DNA of 64,000 nt. It comes from Octopus bimaculoides (lineage: Eukaryota). Positions within the stretch are counted from its first letter, which is position 1, and each line of letters begins with the position of its first letter. The stretch is from NCBI RefSeq assembly GCF_001194135.2, contig NC_068982.1, positions 178,134,036 to 178,198,035 on the forward strand, read 5' to 3'. The notes under the pieces are model-generated. The model made no database searches. It worked only from the letters and a program-made list of their open reading frames with translations, and was not told the DNA's origin. The translations under genes were made by a program, and so were the position numbers. This document shows, one piece after another, positions 36,428 to 49,525 of this stretch.

Positions 36428-36770
36428 TGAACTGAACTGTAACTCAACTGCACATCCTCTGATAACTCATGGATGGTGATTTGACGATTTTCCCTCACAT
36501 CTGCATGCACATCTGCATGCACATCTGCATGCACATCTGCAATGTTTTTCTCAGTTCTGTTCATTGTGGGTCTCCCAGAACGTTTGTCAACATCAAGATT
36601 TTTTTGGTTATCTTGGAGATGTCTGAACCACACATACACTTGTATGTGGCTCATACACTCCTCTCCATACACTTTCTGCAACTTTGTGTAGGCCTCTGAG
36701 CAGGTATCGCCATGACAACTTTCTGTCATGGTCAATGTGATGATCACATGCTACACACCTTTCTTCGAAG
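36428..36770 (-). mobile_element. Mariner transposase N-terminal (HTH) fragment
   Basis: EAYTKLQKVYGEECMS..QVYVWF.......DVDKRSGRP...V.ENRQITIHELSEDVQLSYSSVQSI; continues into the gap. Confidence 0.8.
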
Positions 36771-37282
36771 CACTGCTGTAAACAGCAGAAGTGAGCTAGA
36801 ACATTAAAACTTAGTGCACATGCACAGCAGAGTTCAAGGTCAATCTTTGCCTAGGGGCACTACTCTGTGTGATTTAGCTTCATTACAATGCCCACAATCC
36901 AGATATTTATTGGTCAGACCTCTTATATATATATATGTATGTGTGTGTGTGTGTGTGTATATGTATATACATTTATGTGTGTGTATATATGTATATATAT
37001 ATATATGTATATATCATCATCATTGTTGTTTAATGTCCATCTTCCATGCATGCATGGGAAGGATGGTTGACAGGAGCCAGCCAGGTAGAAACACTACCTT
37101 AGGCTACTGTGTCTGTTTTGGTAGGGATTTTATGATTGGATGCCCTTCCTAATACCAACCACTCCACAGAGCGGACTCAGTTCTTTTCACGTGGCACTAG
37201 TACATGCGAGGTTAGTTTTGGCATGATTTTTACAGCTGGATGCCTTTCCAAACACCAACCGTGTTATGGTGTGGACTAGATG

Positions 37283-37314
<32 letters not shown>

Positions 37315-37639
37315 ATGCATGTGTGTATATGTAAATGTGTGTGTGTACTGTTGACAGGGCTATGAAAGCTTATAGTCATACTTTGAAAAAGGGCTATAAA
37401 AGCTAAGAGTTAGGATGCAGAGAACTATACCAGGAAGTTTGAAGAGAATCTCTATAGCAAATGTACTTAGCTAGAGGAGAAAGAGGTTTGCTAATGTTTT
37501 GTGAGGGTTAGAAACGTGAGCTGTTCTGGATTGCAATGCAGTGTACTATAGAAAATCTAGATGTTGGAGAGAAGTGTGTATGGGGTGATAAAGCACATTT
37601 GCTCTTATTGATTTTGAAAAGAATGAAGCATGGAAGTAC

Positions 37640-39240
37640 TATTTTAGGAGGCTGTTAAATACAGAGAATGTATAGGAGAAACAGATCTTCCCAGAGTAGA
37701 TACAATGACAGGACCAATCAAATTGATTGTAGTATGATAGATAGAGCAATTAAGGATGTGAAAACAGGGAAGGCTTTTGGCTATTTAGAATTACTATCGA
37801 AATGCTTAAAATAGCTACCAAAGCAAATTCAGGGGTTAGTCACTCAGGCAACTAGATGGTGGTAAATATTGTCATACTAAATGACTGGTGTATTAGCATC
37901 ATTTTTAACTGCTACAAAGATAAAGTAGATACATTAGAGAGCAAAAATCACAGAGATAACAAATTGCTGAACTAAGTTAGAAAAGTATCAAAATGAGTTA
38001 TTGATCATTTGATGAGGAAAAGAATTAGCTTAGATGAGTTGCAGTACAAATTTATGCCAAAAAGCACTACTGACATCATCTTAGTGAGACAACAGCAAGA
38101 GAAGTACTTAGATAACAGTAGGTCACTGTATGTAACATTCATCAAACTAGAAAAGTTTACTATATGCAGGCAAATGACCTACAAGAGCTGTACACATCAT
38201 GTTCAGAGGTGTAGACGGCAAGGTGAGATTTGGCAAATAGTACAGAAATAAATTTGGTGTGCAGGTAAGTGTCCATGAAGGTTCAGTGTTCAGTCTTCTC
38301 TTATTCATTATAGTTCTTCAAGCCATAACAGAGGAGTTTCATACAAGCTGTTTATAGGAATTCCTACATGCTGATGAACAAGTTTTTACAGCCGAATTTG
38401 TTATAGAATTAAGGAAAAAATTCCAGACCAGAAGTAAAAATTAGAATTCAAAGGACTCAAAGTAAACTTGGCTAAGTCCAAGATATAGTAAATAGGAAAG
38501 AAAACAGAACCCTGATACCATCAAGGAAATGGGCCTGTTCAGTGTGCAGAAAAGGAGTAGATAGGAATTCCATATGCTATATACATTGTAGACAATGGAC
38601 ACACAAGAGGGGCAATGGATTCACATAAAGGCTAATGGAAAAAGCAAACTTTTTATGTGGCAAATGCATAGGGACATACAGGAAATAGATTATTTCAAAT
38701 GATCAGTAATTGATAGCTTTTGTTACTTAGATGATGTAATTAACTGTGAAGAGGGGTGTTCTGAAAGTATACTAGCCAGATTAAGAACTGTTTGGAGAAA
38801 GTCCAGGAAGATGATACTTTTGTTAGTAACAAAGGTTTTTCTCTCTCAGAGAGGTAGATCATGTGATGCTTGTGTATGAACTGCAGTGCTACATGATAAT
38901 GGACTTTGAATGCAGAGAACCTGTGAAGACTAGAAAACAATGAAGCAAGCGTGCTCTGCTGGATGTGTAATGAATGATGGAGTACAATTAACTTGAGAGA
39001 AAACCTGAATATAAAAGGAATCAGATATACTGTACAATATACAAGACTGCATTGGTATGAGGTTATGATGCATGTTAAAGAGGACATTTGTATTAATTAT
39101 AAAGAAGTGTTGTGCTCTCCAAGTGAATGGTACCTGGGAGACGTTTTGAATGCAGTGAAAGTGGTGAAGACTGATTTGAAGTTATTGCATCTCATAGAAG
39201 AGGAGACTACAAAGGACCAGGTTGGTTGGTGATAAGCAAT
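37640..39240 (+). mobile_element. Older degraded RTE LINE ORF2
   Basis: IDRAIKDVKTGKA, ISLDELQYKFMPKSTTDII.VRQ.QEKYL, G.VHEGSV.S.LLFII and LNLRENLNIKGIR..VQ..RLHWY motifs with many stops. Confidence 0.8.
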
Positions 39241-39318
39241 GTAAAAGAAAATACATCCACCTGTGTAGGTGTGGTGAAATGGATGATAAAATTGGCAGTG
39301 AGGAAATCTGAGAGGAAC

Positions 39319-39352
<34 letters not shown>

Positions 39353-39827
39353 GTCAAACCCTAGACCAACCAAAACCTTGAGAATGGATTTGGTAGATGG
39401 AAACTGAAAAAAAAAAGACCATCGTGTATCTCTCTCTCTCTCTTTCTCCTTGTTTTGATATTGTGAAAGTTGTAAACAAGTGTCACCACACAAGTGGCAT
39501 CATTTGCTTCCAATCCTCAGTGACAACCTATCAGGCTTTGAGGAAATATCACCTTTGCATTTACCCAACACCCTTATACCCTATCACTCATCCATCTACC
39601 TTGTCCTCTTTGTCACTCATCTGTCCATCATTCACTCTGTTATCAGCTCTCCCTTCTTTTCACTTAGACTGTATTATACCGTCAGTCACTGTCGCTGAAG
39701 ATGATACTGATTCTCACATCTTCTTTGTACTATGACTCCAATGTAACTAGAGATGTTAGTGCACCTATCTAACCCTCTTATCTTTTCGACATTCAACACT
39801 TTTCTCTCATCCATATCACCTAACGCT

Positions 39828-42615
39828 TTCCGTACATGCATACATGCGTAGTTACGTACGTACCTACGTACATACATGTGTAGTTACGGACGTACCTACA
39901 TACATACATGCGTAGTTACGTACGTACGTACATCAATACATGCGTAGTAAGGTACGTACGTACATCCATACATGGGTAGTTACATACGTACTTACATCCA
40001 TACATGCGTAGTTACTTACGTACATACGTACATCCATACATACATAGTTACGTACGTACGTACGTACACACGTACATCCATACATACGTAGTTACGTACG
40101 TACGTACGTACATCCATACACATGTAGTTACGTACTGCGTACATCCATACATACGTAGGTGCGTATGTACATACATACATACGTACGTAGGTACGTACGT
40201 ACATCCATACATACATACGTAGGGACGTACGTACATCCATACATACATACGAAGGTACGTACGTACATCCATATATACATACGTAGGTACGTACGTACAT
40301 CCATACTTACGTACTAGCTACGTACATACGTACCTACGTCCGTACATACATACGTAGGTACGTACGTACATCCATACAGGCGTAGTTACATACGTACGTA
40401 CATCCATACATACCTGCGTAGGTACTTACGTACATCCATACATACGTACATCCTACCTAGGTACGTACCTTCATCCATACGTACGTATGTACGTACGTAC
40501 ATCCATACANNNNNNNNNNGTACCTACATACATACATGCGTAGTTACGTACGTACGTACATCAATACATACGTAGGTAGGTAGGTACGTACATACATACG
40601 TAGGTAGGTAGGTACGTACGTACATATATACATACGTAGTTACGTACGTACATACATACGTAGTTACGTACGTACATACATACAGACGTAGTTACGTACG
40701 TACGTGCATACATACGTAGTTACGAACGTACGTACATGCATACATGCGTAGTTACGTACATACCTACATCCGTACAGGCATACATGCGTAGTTACGTACG
40801 TACCCACGTACATACATGCGTAGTTACATACGTACCTACGTACATACATGCGTAGTTACTTACGTATGTACATCCGTACATGCATAGTGACGTACGTACG
40901 TACATCCATACAGGCGTAGTTACATACGTACGTACATCCATACATACGTAGTTACGTACGTACGTACATCCATACATACGTACGTACGTACATCCATACT
41001 TACGTACATCCATACATACCTGCGTAGGTACGTACGTACATCCATACATACGTACATCCTACCTCGGTACGTACCTTCATCCATACGTACGTATGTACGT
41101 ACGTACATCCATACATACGTACGTAGGTACATACGTACATACATACGTACGTCGGTACATCTATATATACGTACGTAGGTACGTACGTACATACAAACAT
41201 ACGTACGTAGGTACGTACGTACATACATACATAATACAAAGAATATATATACATGTATACACACATATATGTACATACTTACATCTACATGTNNNNNNNN
41301 NNNNNNNNNNNNNNNNNNNNNNNNNNNNNNNNNNNNNNNNNNNNNNNNNNNNNNNNNNNNNNNNNNNNNNNNNNNNNNNNNNNNNNNNNNNNNNNNNNNN
41401 NNNNNNNNNNNNNNNNNNNNNNNNNNNNNNNNNNNNNNNNNNNNNNNNNNNNNNNNNNNNNNNNNNNNNNNNNNNNNNNNNNNNNNNNNNNNNNNNNNNN
41501 NNNNNNNNNNNNNNNNNNNNNNNNNNNNNNNNNNNNNNNNNNNNNNNNNNNNNNNNNNNNNNNNNNNNNNNNNNNNNNNNNNNNNNNNNNNNNNNNNNNN
41601 NNNNNNNNNNNNNNNNNNCCACAGGTCACACGAGAGCAGAGAGTATGGTGGAGGGAGGAAATGGAACAAGGAGGAAGGGACAGAAGCAGTGAAGTAGAGG
41701 CCAGGACAGAAGGGTAGATAGGAAGATAGAGGAAGACAGATAGATAAATAGATAGAGAGGATGGTGGAGGGAGGAAGTGGAACAAGGAGGAAGGGACAGA
41801 AGGGTGTAGCAGTGAAGTAGAGGCCAGGACAGAGGTATAGATAGAAAGATGGAGGAAGACAGATAGATAAATAGATACATACGTACGTAGGTACGTACGT
41901 ACGTACATACAAACATACGTACGTAGGTACGTACGTACATACATACATACATACGTACGTAGGTACGTACGTACATACATACGTACGTAGGTACGTACAT
42001 ACATACGTACGTAGGCACGAACGTACATACATACAAACATACGTACGTAAGCAAGTACGTACATACATACATACGTACGTAAGCAAGTACGTACATACAA
42101 ACATAGGTCCATACATGCGTACGTAGGCACGTACGTACATGCGTACGTAGGCACGTACGTACATACGTATGTAGGTACTACGAACATCCATACATACGTA
42201 CCGAGGAACGTACATACATACGTACGTAGGTACGTACGCACATCCATCCATACGTACGTACGTACGTACGTGCATCCATACATACGTACGTAGATACGTA
42301 CGTACATGCATACGTACATACGTACGTAGGTACGTACATACGTACGTAGGCACGTACTTACATACATACATACGTACGTAGGCACGTACGTACATACAAA
42401 CATACGTACGTAGGCAAGTACGTGCATCCATACATACGTACGTAGGTACGTACGTAATCCATACATACGTACGTTGGTACGTACGTACATCCATACGTAC
42501 GTATGTAGGTACGTACATACATACATACGTACATAGGTACGTACGTACATAGGTACGGACGTACGTCCATACATAGATACGTAGTTACGTACGTACATCC
42601 ATATATACTTACGTA
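39828..42615. repeat. CpG-rich (TACG/TACA) satellite with ~24-28-bp higher-order unit tacgtacgtacatccatacatacgtag
   Basis: Direct inspection; interrupted by gaps and a purine-rich duplicated block at 41645-41880. Confidence 0.95.
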
Positions 42616-42948
42616 NNNNNNNNNNNNNNNNNNNNNNNNNNNNNNNNNNNNNNNNNNNNNNNNNNNNNNNNNNNNNNNNNNNNNNNNNNNNNNNNNNNNN
42701 NNNNNNNNNNNNNNNAAATATTTACTGCGACTTATATATTCAGTATGAGAACATGAGTAATGGGTTAAATATTATTATAAAATCTGGTAGCTTTTTTAGG
42801 TGATTTTAAATGTCTTGCCCGCTCACGTTTTTGGTATGCTGCTATTTCTAGCGCATTGACTGTCCGAAACTAGTTCCTATATATAGATATATAGACACAC
42901 ACACTACTCACACACATATATCTATATATATATATATAGATATAATAA

Positions 42949-42999
<51 letters not shown>

Positions 43000-43189
43000 C
43001 CACACTATATCATCATCGTCATCTTAATGTCTACTTTTCCATGCTTGCATGGGTCAGGCAGATTTTCTGTCGAAACAATTTCCTATAGCTAGATGCATTT
43101 CCTGTCACCAAACTTCACTTGTTTCCAAGCAAGGTGATATTTCTTCAGGACCTGATATGTTGTCACAGAGGATTGGAAGCAAATGATGC

Positions 43190-43252
43190 CACTTGTGTGG
43201 TGACACTTGTGTGGTGACACTTGTGTGGTGACACTTGTGTGGTGACACTTGT
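43190..43252. repeat. 14-bp tandem repeat cacttgtgtggtga x4.5
   Basis: Direct inspection; single-copy in the related repeat near 39480. Confidence 0.9.
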
Positions 43253-43584
43253 TTACAACTTTCACAATGTCAAATCAAGGAGAGAGAGAGAAAGACACAC
43301 ACACACGATGGGTTTTTTTTCAGTTTCCATCTACCAAATCCATTCTCAAGGTTTTGGTTGGTCTGGGGCTAGAGTAGATGACATCTATCTAAGCTGGTGT
43401 ATTGTGGGACTGAATCTGAAACTATGTAGTTAGAAAGCCAATTTCTTAATCACAAAATTTCTTTGCAGTTCTTTTATCATTATGCATGTTTTAAACTCAT
43501 TGAAGTTAGGAGAGAAAAATGTATATGAATAGTAAAAACCAGTAAAATAAATCTCTGTATTAATTTCTTCTTTCTGTTTCTCAG

Positions 43585-43724
43585 AATACGAGTAGTAACC
43601 TATAACATCCTGGCGGACCTTTACTCGGATTCAGACTTCAGTAGGGAACAACTGTATCCCTATTGTCCTGCCTATGCTCTCAATATTGATTACAGAACTC
43701 CACTCCTATTAAAGGAAATCACAG
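43585..43724 (+). CDS. PDE12: PDE12 exon 2 (IRVVTYNILADLYSDSDFSREQLYPYCPAYALNIDYRTPLLLKEIT)
   Basis: EEP-domain start YNILAD; acceptor tttctcag, donor G|gtaaac; phases match. Absent from the ORF track. Confidence 0.95.
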
Positions 43725-44251
43725 GTAAACTGAATATATCTATTGATTCAGGAATTGATGATAAAAATTAATCTTAAGCTTCAGTAAGCTCTCTTCTTTA
43801 CTTTTGTATTGATGTCCTGCCAGATTTTCTATTATTATTGTTCTGATAAAAAAAAGAAAAAAAAGATTCTCTTTCAACTATTAAAAACTACATGGAGATG
43901 GAAGTTTATTGATCTTTATAGAATTAATCAGATCTATTTTTTGACATTGTAGCTTTACTGAGTAAATTAGTTATAACATATTTATTCATTGAATTTTTCT
44001 TTAGGACATGACATCTAAAAAAAAGTGTATAGTCAGATATATTATGATTGCTGTCTAATAGACATTGAAAAAGTTCAATTATCTTTAAAACTATAAGCAA
44101 ATTTGAATATGACCGTTGAGCTTTTCCACTGTAGGATGTAAATGTATATCTGGTGTAAAGTCAACCAGTAAAAAGTTCACCAGCACAAAAGCATACTTAC
44201 AAGCATTTGAGATATATTTTTGGTGAAATATTTACGTTATCAAATACTTAC

Positions 44252-44304
<53 letters not shown>

Positions 44305-44305
<1 letters not shown>

Positions 44306-44460
44306 CTACACTCTCTGAGTGGTTGGCGTTAGGAAGGGCATCCAGCTGTAGAAACTCTGCCAAATTAGATTGGAGCCTGGTATTGCCATCCGGTTTCACC
44401 AGTCCTCAGTCAAATCGTCCAACCCATGCTAGCATGGAAAGCGGACATTAAACAATGATG
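44305..44460 (+). mobile_element. Young-subfamily RTE tail in PDE12 intron 2
   Basis: Family motif and (GAT)n end. Confidence 0.8.
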
Positions 44461-45182
44461 ATATATGGTGACATTTCATTATAATGTTTATAGTATTTAA
44501 AGAACAGAAGTATTTGTTTTTGTAAATTATATTCACATCTCAATGATAATGATATCTGTATATTATTCTTATTGGTTATTTATTAATTTAATCTTCATAT
44601 TTAATAATTCAGATAATATTTTTGACTATGAAAATTTTAAATTTTGGTCTTCCATACTAAAGGCTGACAGCAGAATTCCATGGGATGTGTCTGCCTGTTG
44701 CACTATATATTTAATATATTATCATTACCATAGAAAAAATATAAAATTATTAGATTCATCTTAGCTCTACATTATACATCAGGTAATAGATACAAATACA
44801 TGCTGGTTATGTCATCTTAAATATGGTGATTAAATTTAACTGAGAAATAATGGGTAGCATTTAGTCCTTGTGGGAAATATGCACCCCTTATAATTAGACT
44901 TAAAAATTTGGAGAAAAAAGTGCAGATTATTCTTGAAAAAATATATCAAAATGAACAAAAATAAATTCAATCTTCTCAATTATATTTTGTTTCTGTTTCT
45001 AATGTCTATTAACGGGACTAGCCTTGAAATGTTACAAAAACAGAAAAATATTTTACTTTGAATTAGCTAACATTTTATATATTACAAGATGTTTGCATAA
45101 CATTGTCTTAATTTCATGAGTTAAGATAATGCTTATTAATTCTCTCAGTTTTATGATAGTTTGCAATATTATTTCCTTCCAG

Positions 45183-45345
45183 GTTACAATGCTGATCTTA
45201 TTTGTCTTCAAGAAGTGGACAAAAAAGTATTTGAGCATGATTTGTTACCAGACCTGTCTTTGTCTGGTTTTGAAGGTCTTCTCTGTTTAAAAGCAGGTCA
45301 AGTGCCTGAGGGTAGTGCAACATTCTTTAACAAATCAAAGTTCAA
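45183..45345 (+). CDS. PDE12: PDE12 exon 3 (GYNADLICLQEVDKK...EGSATFFNKSKF)
   Basis: Catalytic LQEVD motif; ccttccag acceptor, gtaagt donor. Confidence 0.95.
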
Positions 45346-46070
45346 GTAAGTTTTAATATTTTCTCTTTTAATGAAATGTAAGGACTATTTCAGATCTCAC
45401 ACATAGCATTCACTTTATCAACACTTTTCAAACAACACGAAAATCTACTCCTTTTATAAAGGTTGACTCTTAGGTGTTTTAACTCATTCTGTATTTCAAT
45501 ACATTTTAGCAAGTATAATTCAAAGTGTAAATTGTATGCTGTAGGTGTCAAAAGTTTAGTATGTATTGCAGTGAAATATTTTCAATAAAGTAAGGAAACC
45601 TGACTAGATAGAAACAATCAAAGCATGATTTAATGAAGATGATCTTGAGGAAAAAAATTATAAAAGTGTCCTTAATATTAGAAGCATTGGTCATAATGTT
45701 ATCCTTTGTCTCTAGCCTCTTAGAATTCTTGTAAAAATAGAAGGAACAATTTTTTTGGACAATTGGTTTATAATCCCTCTCTCTTCACTTTTTGTGTACA
45801 CTCTGTATAATTGATTAACCTAATCTAATCCTCTGTGAAGCTAGAATTTTTTCCTCAACTTTTCTCACTACTACAATGATCACTGCTTTTATAAACTTTG
45901 TTCTACTCTACACAAGACATTTAAATATATCTATTATAGGAGAGTATTGTAGTTTGCTTGAAGCATTGTGTATTGTTTGTAAAGAATAAAGGTTTAAAAT
46001 GGTACAACAATGCACTATAAAACAAAAAAAATGGACTATATACCTGTTGTAATTTGGTTATCTACAGTCC

Positions 46071-46106
46071 GATGATATTTCGGAATTACAATTCCTTCTT
46101 CAGATC
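46071..46106 (-). ncRNA. Minimal (Penelope-type) hammerhead ribozyme, second sequence family
   Basis: gat-CTGAAGA-a-ggaat[tgta]attcc-GAAA-ta-TC-atc: stem II 5 bp, palindromic stem III ATAT, AUC triplet, stem I only 3 bp. Confidence 0.6.
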
Positions 46107-47540
46107 TTCTTAGCTGGAGTCTCTGCTATAAACTGTTTTCAAACAGTTTTCTTTTTTCGGAAGCGTCTCAATAGTGGTCTCACGAAACTTCTTCCGGAAT
46201 TCTTCATGAGAAGTGTGTGAGGTCTGCTATGTTTCAATCTCGTGTGTGTTGGTACATCTGTGGCGCTGTTTCTAAGTTATGTGTTATACATGCAGCTTCT
46301 CTCTCTTTTTTTTCTTTCCTTTTTTGCCCTTCTTCTTTTCTTTTGTTAAAACAATACATATCTATTATGTCTCCCATATGCTGACAACGTTTACTTCTTA
46401 AACCAAATATTTATTTTCACTTTAATAGCTGCATATTTGCTAGATTATTTTTCTCTTCCTACCTTTTCCTTGAATGTCAACCTGTAATAATTAAAACAGT
46501 AAAAAAAACAGTTTGACTAATTAGTCTGTCCTTGTCCAGCTAGGTTAACAACCATGCTTTTCTTTATATCTATGGAAGCATATTAGAGTATGTGTGTATA
46601 AGAAAATTAAAGTTTTCTTGTTTGTAAAAATGTTTTTATATAAATCACATATGCTTCTATTAAACATTCATATTTTTTTTTCATAATCCCACTTTAAACT
46701 TATTAAACTCTTTATCATACAAGCTAATGAGATCCTTGCATAGTCACTAAATCTACCAGAAATATGCAGCCAAATCTCTCCCAAATCAAGCCATACTATC
46801 ATATGAAAAGGATGGACACTTTAGATAATGTAATACAGGAAACAGTGTGTATGAATAAAAGACAGGATAATAACTGTTGGATCATCTTCGGTAATAGGAC
46901 TGCTTGATCTGATTTTAGCTGGGACTATACAACATTTATCCAGCTTATAAAAGTTTTATCTATTTTTATCTCCTGTGATACAACAAATGCCCTAATTTTT
47001 AGGCAATAACAATTCTCCTGCTTTAAACACTATTACTGAAATAATTTATCCTTATTACTTTAAGAAAATAACATACAATTATGTATCCCAAATAGATAAA
47101 GGACACTTTCTTTCTGTTTTCTTCAGTTATTGCCTTGTTGCTGTCTCAAATAATTTGAGCCATTCACTCTTCTTAACATGCAGCTAATATGGCTCACTAA
47201 ACAAGATATTACTGTGTTTACTTCTTTATCTGCCTTTTACCAGAAAAAAAATAAAAAGTCTCGACTTTATAAAAACTGCTTTTGCTAAAAAGACTTATAC
47301 ACTTTGGTTAGATTACCTTTGTCCTCTGAACTAAAGTAGTCATGAGATTGCAATATAAGTTCCTGCTAGTCTTTTATAAAATCTCACCTCACACCTGTTT
47401 CATAAAATTGATATCACTAATAATGTCTGTGTGGTTGAATGTGTGAATAGTAAAGCAATTGAGTTTTACCTTCGTTAGGGTTTCCTTTATTCAGGAGCAT
47501 GAAGGAAAATATTCACTTGCTCTTAATTCCTTCCACTGCC

Positions 47541-47944
47541 AGAGTGGCTGTGTGGTAAGTAGCTTGCTTACCAGCCACATGGTTCCGGGTTCAGTCCCAC
47601 TGCGTGGCACCTTGGACAAATGTCTTCTACTATAGCCTCGGGCCGACCAAAGCCTTGTGAGTGGATTTGATAGATGGAAACTGAAAGAAGCCCGTCGTAT
47701 ATATGTGTGTATATATATATATGTATGTGTGTGTATATATTTTTGTGTCTGTGTTTGTCCCCCCACCATCGCTTGACAACCGATGCTGGTGTGTTTGCGT
47801 CCCCGTAACTTAGCGGTTCGGCAAAAGAGACCGATAGAATAAGTACTAGGCTTACAAAGAATAAGTCCTGGGGTCGATTTGCTCGACTAAAGGTGGTGCT
47901 CCAGCATGGCCGCAGTCAAATGACTGAAACAAGTAAAAGAGTAA
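47541..47944 (+). mobile_element. Near full-length tRNA-derived SINE family A (CORE-like caccttgg.caa.tgtctt centre, internal TA/TG microsatellite)
   Basis: A-box-like gtggctgtgtggtaag, B-box-like gggttcagtccc. Partial copies near 3845, 21375, 22535, 23570(-), 24065, 43310(-), 52420 and 53690(-). Confidence 0.8.
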
Positions 47945-48167
47945 TCACCAGAACAATGTAAACAGGCTCAACTGATCTTCTCAATCCTAGACATACTCCC
48001 CTGACTTTTCTGATGTAACTTGCAATTTTTTTTCATCTTCTTTGCCAGCCTGTGCTCTACATTGCTCATCATATTACTGTCTGTTAAATATATTTAATCA
48101 ATATTTGGAAACACATTTCTCTAAAATCTTATGCCTTAATTTCTCAAAAATCTTTGGTACATTTCAG

Positions 48168-48300
48168 ATTGGTTGATAAACACGATATAGTCCTGTCTGA
48201 AATTATTGAGTCTGACAGCAGGTTTAAAGATATACTGAGTTTGTTAGAATGTAATGAACAATTAATGCACAAAGTTTTACAGAAACAAACTATCCAACAG
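48168..48300 (+). CDS. PDE12: PDE12 exon 4 (LVDKHDIVLSE...VLQKQTIQQ)
   Basis: tttcag acceptor, CAG|gtaaga donor; phase 2 in, phase 0 out. Confidence 0.9.
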
Positions 48301-49159
48301 GTAAGACATTTTTTTGTGCTATTAATTTCATCATGAAAGATCTGAAAATTTCTAATTATTTATATCTGTGCTATATTTTGATTGATTTTGGTCTTATACT
48401 TTGAATAAGACACTTCATGCTGATCAGAGATCAGAATGATCGACACATAATGTGGAGGTAAATATTAAAATACTTTTCAATTCTAAAGATGAGATTAATA
48501 AGTCTCTAAAATTATAATCGTAAGAAAAACTTATCTAATTATTTAGACAGTTAAGATATTTTTACTTTTATTACTTTGATTCTTAAATTTTGTCTTAAAG
48601 CAATAAAGTCTGCCAGATGTTCTGACATAACACTGATTAATATGATAAGAAAGTTGCTTGTATAGCTTTTAGTTAAACATTACTGTTTACAACCAACAAA
48701 GACTTTTGGAATTTTTATTTTTGGATATTAATTTAAGGAAATAGGTGAATGAGTTGCTTGTATTTAATGGTTGGTATGTTGGCAGAATTGTTACAGCATT
48801 GAATATTTCTTCAGGTACTTTATGTTCTGAGTTCAAATTTCTTCTAGTTCTCTACATTCTGAGTTCAAATTTCACGAAGGTTGACTTTGACTCTCATCCT
48901 TTTGAGGTCACTAAAATAAAACACTAATCACATACTGGGGTCAATGGTACTGACTAATCCCCTCCACTCAAAATGTAAGACCTTGTACCTATTTTAGAAA
49001 TAATGACTTAGAACATTTTTATTCAAAATTAAATTGAATATAAGTTTTAAGGTATTAACCACAGGGATTCACTCAGCCTTGTTTCTACTGATGTTTCAAT
49101 TTCTATGTCTCCAGGATGGCATTGTCTGAATAATTCCTCTTATCTCACTCATAGTCGTA

Positions 49160-49488
49160 AGTTGAGCGTGGCTGTTGCCAGTACCGCCTGACTGGCTTCC
49201 GTAGGATTTTCGAGCGAGATCGTTGCCAGTGCCCCTGGACTGGCTTGTGCGGGTGGCACATAAAAGACACCATTTCGAGCGTGGCCGTTGCCAGTATCGC
49301 CTGACTGGCCTTCGTGCAGGTGACACGTAAAAGCACCTACTACTCTCTCTGAGTGGTTGGCGTTAGGAAGGGCATCCAGCTGTAGAAACTCTGCCAAATT
49401 TAGATTGGAGCCTGGTGTTGCCATCCGGTTTCACCAGTCCTCAGTCAAGTCGTCCAACCCATGCTAGCATGGAAAGCGGACGTTAAAC

Positions 49489-49523
<35 letters not shown>
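49160..49523 (+). mobile_element. Young-subfamily RTE tail with 3' UTR subrepeats
   Basis: Family motif and long (GAT)n tail. Confidence 0.8.

Positions 49524-49525
<2 letters not shown>

Noticed and set aside
39828-42615. Long YV/RT-repeat ORFs (up to 532 aa) and a CRISPR-like appearance
   Set aside because: Translation artefacts of a stop-poor tetranucleotide satellite; no unique spacers, eukaryotic context.
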